From the NCBI GenBank assembly GCA_039591615.1, contig JBDHDH010000003.1, forward strand, positions 46,670 through 110,669: a DNA stretch of 64,000 nt, given 5' to 3'. This document shows positions 46,023 to 55,232 of the stretch, one piece after another. Both the position numbers and the translations under genes were made by a program. The notes beneath the pieces were generated by a model, which saw nothing but the letters and a program-made list of their open reading frames with translations, ran no database searches and had not been told where the DNA came from. This stretch comes from Gemmatimonadota bacterium (GTDB taxonomy: Bacteria; Gemmatimonadota; Gemmatimonadetes; Gemmatimonadales; GWC2-71-9). The first letter of the stretch is position 1. Each line of letters opens with the position of its first letter.

Positions 46023-46173
46023 GGCCGCATCGTACTCGCTCCTTCGGGACTCCGGATCCGAGCAGCATGGGTTACTACGTGGTGACTTGCTTGGCATCAC
46101 CCGTGCTGTCAGTCACCACCTTGATCCACCTAGGCAGCGCCGGAGACAGTAGCAAGGGGATATCGCTGCACCC

Positions 46174-46575
46174 GTGAAGAGAGAACACTTCTGCACTGTC
46201 TGCTGCAAGCGGAAGCGTCGCGAACGCGGCTTGCTTCCGGCCACCAGCCGGTACGTGAGCAAGCGCATTCGATACGTACACAGCGAGAGTAGGCGTGTCG
46301 GCCAGCCTTTTCTGATTGTGTCGGGCGAGTACGGGCTCGTGGGACCGATGGATCCCATACCGTGGTACAATCACACCCTCCAGCCGGATGAGGTGGACGC
46401 GCTCGTACCGACCGTTGCGGAGCAGCTCGTGGCACGAGGAGTATCCACGCTCATCTTTTACGCTCGGCCGAGCAGTACTCTTGGCTGGCAGCCTTATTAC
46501 TCGCTCTTGGAGCGGGCCTGTGTACATGAGGGAATACCGATGGAGGTAAGATTACTGGGGTCCGAATTCATCTGA
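46174..46575 (+). CDS. Hypothetical protein, possibly DUF6884-like
   Basis: GTG start. The pattern CTVCCKRKR...ATSRYVS...FLIVSGEYGLVGPMDPIPWYNHTL resembles the DUF6884 pattern (C-S-x-x-K ... SAKYGL ... PYD.TL) as I remember it. The opposite-strand ORF 46075-46527 is judged a shadow. Confidence 0.5.
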   Translation: MKREHFCTVCCKRKRRERGLLPATSRYVSKRIRYVHSESRRVGQPFLIVSGEYGLVGPMDPIPWYNHTLQPDEVDALVPTVAEQLVARGVSTLIFYARPSSTLGWQPYYSLLERACVHEGIPMEVRLLGSEFI

Positions 46576-46941
46576 CCACGTTTCACGAGCCTCATCGTGA
46601 CGGAAGCGCCGGCGGCATCGTAGCGCACCAACACTCCAAGTCGCGAGGCAACTGATGGCTTGGCGAACTGTAACCGAAGGCTTCGAGGCAGATCTCTACA
46701 AGGTCCCCACGCCGAAGTTCTTTTACACCGAGCAAGGAGATCGCGGGCGGCTGAACCTCAGTACGGGAGATGGGCAGACGCTTCCCCGTGACGCAGAGCG
46801 GCCATATCGCCGAGATCCAGTACGCTGGAAAGACTCTGTTGGAAGGCACATTCCGGCCGGATTGAGCCCATCTATGACCGGATGAGTTGCTCCCGTTGAA
46901 ACTCAATCAAGTCTCGTCTCGTACCATCCGAGGACGTCGGC

Positions 46942-47418
46942 ATGCCGGCAACGTGGACTTGCTCTGAGGAGTACCGCCCACGCCGGACTACCTTCCACGA
47001 CGTTCGTGAGCTCGAGGGGTGGCGACTGAAAGTCTTCTCTATCGTGTATGGCACTGGCGTGATGGAGTGGACGGTGTACGACGACGTATGGCCCTTGATC
47101 CGATCAGCCTTGCCTCAGCCGGCCGTAACGCCGTGTCGACCAGGGGTGGGCTTCTTCATCGCGCACACCGGCCGGGGCGTGCATTACGCCGTGCTCGGTT
47201 GGTGGGACAACGAGAACGAACTTCCGATCCGACTGTTTGTGAGGGAGTTCGGCGATAACACGGAATGGCGCGCCGGTACGGGGGCCGAGTCGGTCTGTGT
47301 GTGGGACATCCAGGTCATTGCCCACGAGCGCGACGTATATGTCGCACAGGTCCTATCCAAGCCGGACCAGCCGGATCTCGAAGGTTACCTGTATCGCCAC
47401 TTCGAGGTGAGCGGATGA
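46942..47418 (+). CDS. Hypothetical protein (158 aa)
   Basis: Good coding character (RLKVFSIVYGTGVMEWTVYDD...GVGFFIAHTGRGVHYAVLGWWDNENEL...CVWDIQVIAHERDVYV). Family not identified. Confidence 0.55.
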   Translation: MPATWTCSEEYRPRRTTFHDVRELEGWRLKVFSIVYGTGVMEWTVYDDVWPLIRSALPQPAVTPCRPGVGFFIAHTGRGVHYAVLGWWDNENELPIRLFVREFGDNTEWRAGTGAESVCVWDIQVIAHERDVYVAQVLSKPDQPDLEGYLYRHFEVSG

Positions 47419-47491
47419 TCATGGCCCTACGCGCTGTAGGATGCGGCATTCTCACACTCGGTTCTCAGGTTTCTTCCGTCCGAGGTAGAAC

Positions 47492-47743
47492 GTGACGTCC
47501 AAGTCGAAGTGGGAAACGGTAGGCACCTACGGGTCGCTATACGAAGCCGAGATCGCGGCCGGCCGGCTCGAGGATTCGGGCATCCCGTCACGTCTGGACA
47601 AGCGCGGGGCCGTCGGCTTGTTTGGGCCTGGGTTCGAAGGTAAAACGGTCCGGGGTGTAGCGATTCTCGTGCCCACAGACCGGTTGGCGGACGCCCAGCG
47701 GGCCCTCGACCTCGCGGGACCGGAGGACTCCCTCGACTCATGA
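47492..47743 (+). CDS. DUF2007-like small protein
   Basis: GTG start. The pattern WETVGTYGSLYEAEIAAGRLEDSGIPSRL...VAILVPTDRLADAQRAL follows the DUF2007 pattern. Confidence 0.55.
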   Translation: MTSKSKWETVGTYGSLYEAEIAAGRLEDSGIPSRLDKRGAVGLFGPGFEGKTVRGVAILVPTDRLADAQRALDLAGPEDSLDS

Positions 47744-47791
47744 ATCGAGGGGGGCTGCGGCGCGGCAGCTTCAGCCTCCATACCATGTGGC

Positions 47792-48670
47792 GTGAATCCT
47801 GAGTCCACAGAGCTGCCCCCTGAAGGCGCGTTCCCGGTCGACGGCGCAAAGCTGCATTACACCATCACCGGTAAAGGTCCGGTGACGCTCGTCGTGATCC
47901 CCGGCGGTCCGGGCTTCGGGTTCGGATACCTGCATCGCGAGCTTACCGAGCTGCTGGGCGATTCATATCAGCTGTTGTTCTACGATCAGCGAGGCAGCGG
48001 TCACTCGACGGGTGTCGAAGACACCACTCGTCTGACCATGGCCACGTTCGTCGACGATCTCGATCAGGTTCGGCGGGCAGCCGGGCTCCACCGGCTCAAT
48101 CTCCTCGGGCATTCGTTTGGTGGTCTCCTCGCCATGCAGTATGCTATCGCCCATCCAGGCCGCGTCGCGTCACTCGTGCTCGTAGACTCCGATCCGGCCA
48201 GTCGAGAGCGCTGGAGTCGCTTCAGGACGGTCGTCCACAAGCGCAGGACCGAGGATGAGGCTCGACAGCTGTCGGAGATCAAGGCCATTCCGGGCTGGGA
48301 GCTCCGTTCCGAGCTCGCCGAGCGCTTCTTCCGTATCTCCCTGCGGCCCTACTTCGGCAACCCCGCACTCGCCGAGAGACTCACCTTTGAGTTCGACGAG
48401 CACGTACTACGCAACAATGCGGTCACTGCGGGATGCATCCGCTCAGACCTCGGCCAGTGGGATATTCACGATCAGCTCGCACGCATTACGGCTCCGACCC
48501 TGATCATTGCGGGTGACTCGGGGATCTTCTCCGTCGACGATAGCGAGGCTGTCCGGCGGCGGATCCCCAACGCGAAGCTGGAGATCCTCGAAGGCGTGGG
48601 ACATTTGCCGTACGTGGAAGCTCCGGAGAAGTTCGCGTCCGCCGTGCGGACTTTTCTTCCAACCTATTGA
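47792..48670 (+). CDS. Alpha/beta hydrolase, prolyl-iminopeptidase-like (S33), second copy
   Basis: Contains PGGPG, YDQRGSGHS and the nucleophile elbow GHSFGG, with a late GVGH. It is similar in architecture to the gene at 19696-20541. Confidence 0.85.
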   Translation: MNPESTELPPEGAFPVDGAKLHYTITGKGPVTLVVIPGGPGFGFGYLHRELTELLGDSYQLLFYDQRGSGHSTGVEDTTRLTMATFVDDLDQVRRAAGLHRLNLLGHSFGGLLAMQYAIAHPGRVASLVLVDSDPASRERWSRFRTVVHKRRTEDEARQLSEIKAIPGWELRSELAERFFRISLRPYFGNPALAERLTFEFDEHVLRNNAVTAGCIRSDLGQWDIHDQLARITAPTLIIAGDSGIFSVDDSEAVRRRIPNAKLEILEGVGHLPYVEAPEKFASAVRTFLPTY

Positions 48671-48819
48671 TGCTGACGGGACTCAAGCTCTGGCGGTCTC
48701 GGTGGATCTACTCATGGATGTCGCCTGGCTCGACGACCGAGTTGGTGTCGACGGGGGGCGGCACACCGATCAGGACGGAGAATCCCTCGACTGGCCGGTT
48801 CCGTAGGGCATCTCCGCTT

Positions 48820-49821
48820 CTAGTCCTCCGGTCCGCCCTCGGAGGGTTCCTCGGCTTCTTTTGCCGGTGGTGTCATCCCCTTTGCGCCCGCTAGGCCGAT
48901 GATACCCGGGAGGTTCAGGGAGTCTGCCAGACCAGACGGCACGACCATCAGGGACCCCCGCTTCACGATGCTCTCGTAGAGCATGTTCATCGCGCGAAGA
49001 TTGAGCGCCACGGGGTTCTTTCCGTACGTCTCGGACGCTTCGATGAATTTGGAGGCGATTTCGGTCTCGGCCGTGCCGAGGATAATGCGTGCCTGCCTCT
49101 CCCGCTCCGCCTGCGCTTGGCGCGACATCGCCTCTTCCAGCGCCTTGGGAATGATCACATCTCGGATCTCCACCGACTGTACCTGAATTCCCCAATCGTG
49201 CATCTTGCGGTCCAGGGTCTCCTGGAGACCACGGCCGAGCTCTTTACGGGACTGAATCAACTCCGCCAGATCGTGCTTGCCGATGGCATCCCGAAGCGCG
49301 GTTTGTGCGGCAAGAATAACGGCTTGCTCGTAGTTCTGAACCTCGAGTGCTGCGCGCTCCGCGTCGTAGACGATCCAGAAGGCAATGGCATCGACGTTCA
49401 CGGGGACCGTGTCCTTCGTGAGGCATGATTCGGCCCCGAAATCGGTGGTACGGATGCGCTGATCGATGTGATACGAAATCCGATCGAGCACCGGAATCAC
49501 CGTGAAGAAGCCCGGTCCTCGCAGACCGCGATATCGACCGAGGCGAAGCACGACGGCCTTCTCCCATTGATCCGCGTACTTGACAGAAGATCCAACGAAC
49601 AGGCCGGCAATGGCAGACACGATTGGGACAACAACCGGCAAGAACAGCTCCCCCCCAATGGGTGCGAGAGCCCCGACAGCTGCAACGATCGCGGCAGTTC
49701 CAAACCCCGACAGAACAGCTACCACCGGGTAGCGGGTATCGTTCGGTGAACTGCTCACGGCAACCCCCCTGCGTGCCGGAGGCCCCTGCTTGTAGGCGGG
49801 AACAGGTAGGAATCCTTCCAT
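48820..49821 (-). CDS. SPFH/Band 7 (stomatin-like) membrane protein
   Basis: N-terminal TM region followed by EKAVVLRLGRY...VDAIAFWIV...IQVQSVEIRDVIIP and a QAEAERERQARI coiled coil. Confidence 0.9.
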   Translation of the reverse strand: MEGFLPVPAYKQGPPARRGVAVSSSPNDTRYPVVAVLSGFGTAAIVAAVGALAPIGGELFLPVVVPIVSAIAGLFVGSSVKYADQWEKAVVLRLGRYRGLRGPGFFTVIPVLDRISYHIDQRIRTTDFGAESCLTKDTVPVNVDAIAFWIVYDAERAALEVQNYEQAVILAAQTALRDAIGKHDLAELIQSRKELGRGLQETLDRKMHDWGIQVQSVEIRDVIIPKALEEAMSRQAQAERERQARIILGTAETEIASKFIEASETYGKNPVALNLRAMNMLYESIVKRGSLMVVPSGLADSLNLPGIIGLAGAKGMTPPAKEAEEPSEGGPED

Positions 49822-49843
49822 TCAACGGCCCCCATTCTTCGCG

Positions 49844-50263
49844 TCAGTTATCTCGGCGCGCCGCCCGCAAATCGGCGAGCGCCTCCATCACATCATCCAA
49901 CGTAAGTCCAAGTGCCTCCGCCTGCGATATCAGGTCGCGACATAGGCGCTCCAATTGCGAGCGACGCTCCATTGCCGAGCGATCGGGCTGAGTGAGGCTC
50001 ACAAAGGTCCCCTGGCCCGGTTTGCGCCTGAGCACACCTAGGAGCTCGAGCTCTTGGTAGGCACGGGCGACCATGTTGGGATGCGCGCTCAGATCAATGG
50101 CGAGCTGGCGGACAGTGGGCAATCGGGCGCCCGTCTCGAGCGTTCCGGTCACAACCTCCAGCCATATTCGGTTGGCGATCTGGCGATACAGCGGCTCATC
50201 GCTGCTGGGCTCTAGATAGACCGCGAGTCGCCGCCAGAGGTCTGCGTTTTCTAGTTCGGACAC
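49844..50263 (-). CDS. GntR family transcriptional regulator (short YtrA-like type)
   Basis: The winged HTH PLYRQIANRI...GARLPTVRQLAIDLSAHPNMVARAYQELELLGVL is followed by a short C-terminal helical tail. It lies 22 nt upstream of the SPFH gene. Confidence 0.85.
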   Translation of the reverse strand: MSELENADLWRRLAVYLEPSSDEPLYRQIANRIWLEVVTGTLETGARLPTVRQLAIDLSAHPNMVARAYQELELLGVLRRKPGQGTFVSLTQPDRSAMERRSQLERLCRDLISQAEALGLTLDDVMEALADLRAARRDN

Positions 50264-50664
50264 AGATCAACGGAATCCTTTCTCGACGAAGAATATCCAG
50301 ACCGGTGAGACCGGACTAGTGCCCCAAGGTCTCCGCATTTGGGGCGGTCGGCGAACTCCGGAGGGACACCATCGGCGGGTCACCACTGGACCATTACAGG
50401 CTGCCCTCGCCGAAGCCCGAGCCCCGGGGCACAGCCTGCAGGAGGGACGTCGGCCCTTGACTTCCATGGGCCGCCAGAACACGCCAACAGCGTTCGCTGC
50501 GGGGCGGGAAGTGGCGGCTGACGCCGACGACTATATTCCCTACTCGTCACCCGAGAGTCCGGAGCCAACCGGCGCGCAGGAAGCGCGATATCTCGGGTGG
50601 ATGTTGTCTGCGTTCGAAGACAGGGACGTCCTCGACGCCCATCAGGATCCCCGATGAGACGACC

Positions 50665-51024
50665 ATGAGCACAGCCGGCGGGCCGAGCGGAATCGAGTTC
50701 AACGCGTTCGTGGCGGGCATCGCTGCTACGGCGGCGGCGACCCTCAAGCAGATCGAAGACCTCTATCGCGCTAGTGCGGGCAGAGCTTCAGAGGAGGCTG
50801 GGCTCCAGGAAGAGCGCCAGTCTCCGGCAGCAGGCGCAGAAAGCGCTCGCAAGGGCCTTGGTGCCGCTCGACAGCTCATCGATACGCTGGTGATGTTGGA
50901 TGTGAAGACCGAAGGCAACTTGACGTCCGATGAGCAGCGGTTATTGCGAGACATACTCACAGAGTTGCGTATGACCTACGTGCGCGTGTCGGACTTGGTG
51001 AGCGGCGGTCGAACATCACCATGA
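50665..51024 (+). CDS. DUF1844 domain protein
   Basis: The pattern FNAFVAGIAATAAATL...ARQLIDTLVMLDVKTEGNLTSDEQRLLRDILTELRMTYV matches the DUF1844 pattern. Confidence 0.6.
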   Translation: MSTAGGPSGIEFNAFVAGIAATAAATLKQIEDLYRASAGRASEEAGLQEERQSPAAGAESARKGLGAARQLIDTLVMLDVKTEGNLTSDEQRLLRDILTELRMTYVRVSDLVSGGRTSP

Positions 51025-51110
51025 CCGCTATGCAGTCTGGAAGTTGCCACGCGCCCGTGACGCGGGGCGCCTTGCTCATTCCCGTTCCCCTCTGTCATGC
51101 GTGAGCCTCC

Positions 51111-51425
51111 GTGTTTTCACTGCTCGTCATTCTCCTCGCGCTCGCCCTCGTGGTTGTGGCTCTGTCGAGTCGGGGATGGCGGCACCCCTATCCGCGCCAC
51201 ATTTCGTACGGTCCAGTCATGATTGAGTTCTCGAAGGTAGATCGGGTCTGCTACTTCATCGCAGCAGTTTCGGTAGTCATCGGCGTCATCTCGGGAATCG
51301 TCCTCATCTGGGGGCCCAACGCGGAACAGTTTGGGAGGATACGGGCCACGGCTGGCCTCATGTTCGTCGGAGCTGCGCTCGTACTCGTGCTGAACAGGCT
51401 GATGCGAGGCCGCGGTAGCCCCTGA
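51111..51425 (+). CDS. Small membrane protein (about 3 TM helices)
   Basis: GTG start with three hydrophobic stretches (LLVILLALALVVVAL, YFIAAVSVVIGVISGIVLIW, LMFVGAALVLVL). No family recognised. Confidence 0.45.
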   Translation: MFSLLVILLALALVVVALSSRGWRHPYPRHISYGPVMIEFSKVDRVCYFIAAVSVVIGVISGIVLIWGPNAEQFGRIRATAGLMFVGAALVLVLNRLMRGRGSP

Positions 51426-51466
51426 CCCCAAGGCGCTACATCGGGCGCACTCGTTTGGAAGGAGGT

Positions 51467-51488
51467 GATCCTGGTCGTCGCCAGGATC
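51467..51488. terminator. Perfect 8-bp hairpin in the convergent gap (candidate bidirectional terminator)
   Basis: gatcctgg (51467-51474), loop tcgtcg, ccaggatc (51481-51488). On the + strand a tttt run follows 8 nt later. It lies 42 nt after the stop at 51425. Confidence 0.4.
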
Positions 51489-51581
51489 GTGGACGGTTTT
51501 GAGGTACTCCTCGCCCTGATCTGGCTGGGCTTGGCCTGGTGTAGGCAGAGGCCGCGACTCCTCGACCGCCGGTCTTCGCAG

Positions 51582-52622
51582 TCATCTCCCGCGGTCGATC
51601 TCCACCTGCTCGATTCCGGCGACGATCAACGTCCACTGAAGATCCATCTGCTGCCGCACCGGCATGGCTTGGAGACCCACCGTCGCGGCCTCCTCCCGAA
51701 CCTCGTCAGGCTTGAGTTCGCCTGCCAGGTCGCTCCGCCATCTGGCAATGCGGGTCTTCCACTCTTCGGCGACGGGGTCCGGCGGTCCCAACTCTTCGCC
51801 TACCCCCGGTGTGATGAAGAGAGGCATCTCCGACACGACTGTGAGAGGATCGCCGTTCAGCGCCCGGATCGTTTCCATGGAGCTTGGGCGAAACCGGCTG
51901 GCGGTTTCCTCGTCTCCAAGCTGAGAGAAATGACGACGCATGTATCCTGAATCCGGGCGCGTAGTGAACCCACGTTCGAGCCGGAAGAATCCCTTCTCGC
52001 CGTGGCGCTCGACGTCGTGCAAACGATAGCCCAGGTCGGTCACGCGCGTGCGGCACACGGTCTTGAGATGATCGATGCGATCTCGCCAGGCCTGTTCGAC
52101 CAGGAACCATGGCCCTGCTGCGAACGCCATCCCGTGCAACGTTGCATGCAGCGTGAACGGTCCATCGGCTCGATGCCACCAGTTGAACAGGGCTCGGTTC
52201 TCGGGTCGTGCTGCCAGGTCCGCACCATTTCTGGGAAATCCGAACTCGATGTCATCTCCCGGTAGCTCGCGAACCACCTGCACGAGATAAGTCGCGAGAT
52301 CGAATGCCGGATCGTCGTCATCATACCACGTCCGATTACGAACCTCGCCATCGGGGTTAACGTGCGGAACAATCCACCACTCGTATCGCGAGCGCAGCGG
52401 ATCACCGGGAGCCAGCCGGCCGAGGTATGCGGCGAGATGCCGCAGGAACAGGGGACCTACCGGCTCGTCGGCGTGACATCCCCCGATCAGGCTCACTCGG
52501 ATACTCCCGGTGCCGACCCGGAATCCGCGCACGGGCCTCGCCTCTCGTGATCGCCCCAGGATCGTGCCATCTTCTGGACGCACCCGATCCGTCGAAATGA
52601 TCTGCTCGAACCGCTCCAGCAT
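51582..52622 (-). CDS. M14 family zinc carboxypeptidase-like protein
   Basis: ORF 51582-52808 trimmed to ATG 52622 (MLERFEQI...). It contains GGCHADEPVG (HxxE zinc ligands), VPHVNPDG and HATLHG. Confidence 0.8.
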   Translation of the reverse strand: MLERFEQIISTDRVRPEDGTILGRSREARPVRGFRVGTGSIRVSLIGGCHADEPVGPLFLRHLAAYLGRLAPGDPLRSRYEWWIVPHVNPDGEVRNRTWYDDDDPAFDLATYLVQVVRELPGDDIEFGFPRNGADLAARPENRALFNWWHRADGPFTLHATLHGMAFAAGPWFLVEQAWRDRIDHLKTVCRTRVTDLGYRLHDVERHGEKGFFRLERGFTTRPDSGYMRRHFSQLGDEETASRFRPSSMETIRALNGDPLTVVSEMPLFITPGVGEELGPPDPVAEEWKTRIARWRSDLAGELKPDEVREEAATVGLQAMPVRQQMDLQWTLIVAGIEQVEIDRGR

Positions 52623-52989
52623 GGTGGTGACAGGATAGCCACGTGATGAGCAACCGTGCAAACTGCCTCGGCTACGGGACCGCGCGGTGCAGCACCGAGG
52701 ATTCCAATGCCGGCTCTCGCGCAACAGCACCCATCGCTCCGTTTGCGCCCGGCGTCTTACCGCTCGGCCTAGACGATACACCAGGAGATGTCTCGGACTG
52801 GTCGCCAAGCGAGTTCCCAGGCAGAGTCAGGCACTTGGCGATGCCTCGCCGTGCTCCGGGCGACAGTCCCCATTCTTTGCGTGGCAGCTCTCGGCACGTT
52901 AATCCGCTAGACATCGGTCTCGACATGGTGGGCTTTCTGTGCACCAGACGCCACGATCGATCGCAAGATATCGACCGGGGCGATACCTT

Positions 52990-53664
52990 ATGACGCAACC
53001 ATCTCGCGACTTTTACTCGATACTGAGCGTGCAGTACGCCGAGCGAATCCGCCAGCTCGTTCCGAAATATGACGCGATGGTCGAGTGTATCCTTCGACTC
53101 GTGGCGCTCCGCAGACCGTGTCGGATACTGGATATCGGTGCGGGTACCGGACTAGTGATGGCTCATTTGCTCACGGACTTGCCCGATGCGACCGTAACGG
53201 CGCTGGAGCCATGCACCGCAATGGCCTCCGCGGCCCGCGCTGTCCTGAGTTCTTTCGGCGAGCGCGCAGCCATTGTCGAAACTGATGTCCACGATTTTAC
53301 GCCGGACGTATCGTTCGAAGTCATTGTATCCAACCTAGTTCTCCATAACTTCGAGCTCGACGAAAAGGCAAACCTCCTGAGACGCATACGCGCGTGGCTA
53401 AGCGAGAACGGAGCGTTCGTTTGGGGCGACTTCGTCCGCCATGAGAACGCTCAACTCGACGATTACTTTACCAGTTATCGCGTGGGTTTTGCCCATGCGG
53501 CGGGGTGTCCGACACCAATCATCGAGGCCAACTTCGGGAAGGAAGGAACCGTAGACCGGCCGTTGACTACCCCGGAGACGATCGACTTGATCTTGGGATC
53601 TGGCTTTCAGTCGTGTGATATCGTCTGGGCGCACGACACCTTCGCGGTATTCTTTTCGGCGTGA
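52990..53664 (+). CDS. Class I SAM-dependent methyltransferase
   Basis: ORF 52939-53664 trimmed to ATG 52990. Motif I reads ILDIGAGTGL. Post-I and motif II-like elements (VTALEP, VSNLVLHN) are present. Confidence 0.8.
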   Translation: MTQPSRDFYSILSVQYAERIRQLVPKYDAMVECILRLVALRRPCRILDIGAGTGLVMAHLLTDLPDATVTALEPCTAMASAARAVLSSFGERAAIVETDVHDFTPDVSFEVIVSNLVLHNFELDEKANLLRRIRAWLSENGAFVWGDFVRHENAQLDDYFTSYRVGFAHAAGCPTPIIEANFGKEGTVDRPLTTPETIDLILGSGFQSCDIVWAHDTFAVFFSA

Positions 53665-53997
53665 GGGAAGGGTGAAGGGCTACCCCTGGGTGGATACCCC
53701 GGCGCTGTGCACTCGGTCCTTCGTTACGCACGCCGCCTTTGAATGGGTCACGTTGAACAAGGGCGAACACCGGCAGCTGGCACCGTCATCATTGTGTGAG
53801 CGGAGCCGGGTCCCGGCGGCTCTGCGGATCGGGAAAGCCCGATGAGTGCCCAGTCAGGGCGGATCCGACGGCGCAGAATGTTGTATATGAGAGGACTCCT
53901 GCTCGCACAACGGGTGCCGCGGTGCTGTCGGGAGGATCGTTGCTGAGCACGGCTGTGGCTAGACTGATTCTGAGACCTGCCTCAACCTGACGACCGG

Positions 53998-55167
53998 ATG
54001 ATGCCACGACTCCTGCTTGCCCTACTGCTCTTAACTGCTGCAGCCCCCATCACGTCCTGCCGGGGGCCGGTGCCGGATCAAGAACGGATTACGGCTCGCA
54101 GTGTTCAGTCGGCGGCCGCTCAATTGCCGGTAGTCGACTCGAGTTTCGTCCGGCTCATCGAAGAACTGTCGGAACCAGCGGGCTACTTCGATACAGACAA
54201 CCTCATCTCCAACGAGAGATCCTATCTCCACGTCCTTGGTGCGATACGGCGACAGGATGTCCGGGGGGGCGCATATATCGGAGTTGGGCCAGACCAGAAT
54301 TTCTCCTACATCGCCGAAGTGCGTCCCGACATTGCTTTCATAATCGACATCCGTCGCGACAATCTACTCCAGCATCTCTGGTTCAAGGCGCTGTTCGAGC
54401 TCGCCGACAACCGCGTCGAGTACCTGTCGATCATGTTCGGAAAACGCACACCGAAGCGGGGCCGGTGGGAGCAGGCCACCATCGAGGAGCTCGTCGAGTA
54501 CATCGATGCCACCGCCTCTCGGACCGAGATCATCGAAGCAAACCGAGATGTGGTCAAGAAAACGGTGCAGAGTTTTGGTCTCGCGCTCTCCGAGGAGGAT
54601 CTGCACACCATCGAGCGCATCCATGCGAGCTTTTTCGGCTCCGGGCTGGATCTCCGCTTCACCAGCCACCGCCGGCCGCCCCGTGCATACTACCCGCGTT
54701 ACCGTGAGTTGCTGCTGGAAAGCGACCTCACGGACCAGAAGAGTAATTACTTAGCCACGGAACGCAGGTTCCGCGTCGTGAAGTCACTACAAGAGGGGAA
54801 TAGGATCGTTCCGGTCGTCGGGGACCTCGCAGGGCCGCACGCGCTGAGAGCCATCGGTCGATACCTCGCCGCGCAGGAGCAGACGGTCTCGGCCATCTAC
54901 ACCTCGAACGTCGAGTTCTACCTCATGCGCAACGGCACCTTCGACAGCTTTGCCAACAACGTGCAATACCTCCCGCATAACGCCCGGAGCTTGATCATCC
55001 GGAGTTATTTCGGGGGCTGGTACCGTCGCCAACATCCCCAGGCTGTGGCAGGATATTTCAGCAGCCAGCTCCTGCAACATGTGCAAAGCTTCCTGGCCGC
55101 ACAGGGCGAGGGCGGATACGTCTCGTACTTCGATCTGGTGACACGGAACGCTCTGGACCTTCGGTGA
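53998..55167 (+). CDS. Conserved hypothetical exported protein (389 aa)
   Basis: The signal peptide MMPRLLLALLLLTAAAPITSC may be a lipoprotein signal. There is a strongly protein-like block, YIGVGPDQNFSYIAEVRPDIAFIIDIRRDNLLQHLWFKALFE. I cannot name the family. Confidence 0.7.
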   Translation: MMPRLLLALLLLTAAAPITSCRGPVPDQERITARSVQSAAAQLPVVDSSFVRLIEELSEPAGYFDTDNLISNERSYLHVLGAIRRQDVRGGAYIGVGPDQNFSYIAEVRPDIAFIIDIRRDNLLQHLWFKALFELADNRVEYLSIMFGKRTPKRGRWEQATIEELVEYIDATASRTEIIEANRDVVKKTVQSFGLALSEEDLHTIERIHASFFGSGLDLRFTSHRRPPRAYYPRYRELLLESDLTDQKSNYLATERRFRVVKSLQEGNRIVPVVGDLAGPHALRAIGRYLAAQEQTVSAIYTSNVEFYLMRNGTFDSFANNVQYLPHNARSLIIRSYFGGWYRRQHPQAVAGYFSSQLLQHVQSFLAAQGEGGYVSYFDLVTRNALDLR

Positions 55168-55232
55168 AAACGAGCGCTGCGACGGGGCACCCTCCCAACC
55201 AACGCACCGACCGCCGCGTCTCGAGGTGTCAG

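Noticed and set aside
46075-46527. 150-aa minus-strand ORF overlapping the DUF6884-like gene, and minus-strand ORFs 46592-46906 and 46872-47054.
   Set aside because: All flanking credible genes are on the plus strand. The plus-strand product at 46174-46575 has a recognisable motif pattern. The minus-strand translations show no features. The 46576-46941 segment remains unresolved.
50319-50657. ORF upstream of the DUF1844 gene, possibly a 63-aa protein from ATG 50466.
   Set aside because: The N-terminal half is shadow-like and Arg-rich. The short version has no recognisable features or RBS. There is insufficient support to call a gene, and it may simply be the GntR/DUF1844 divergent promoter region.
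53930-54015. TPP (THI-box) riboswitch-like string: ...TTCTGAGACCTGCCTCAACCTGACGACCGGATGATGCCACGA..., compared with the consensus CUGAGA...ACCUGAUCUGGAUAAUGCCAGCG.
   Set aside because: The 5' half of the aptamer (the GGGGUGC/P2-P3 region) is absent. The AUGAUG sits on the start codons of the signal peptide (ATG ATG CCA CGA = MMPR). The downstream gene is not thiamine-related. The resemblance is most likely due to chance. An Infernal scan would settle it.
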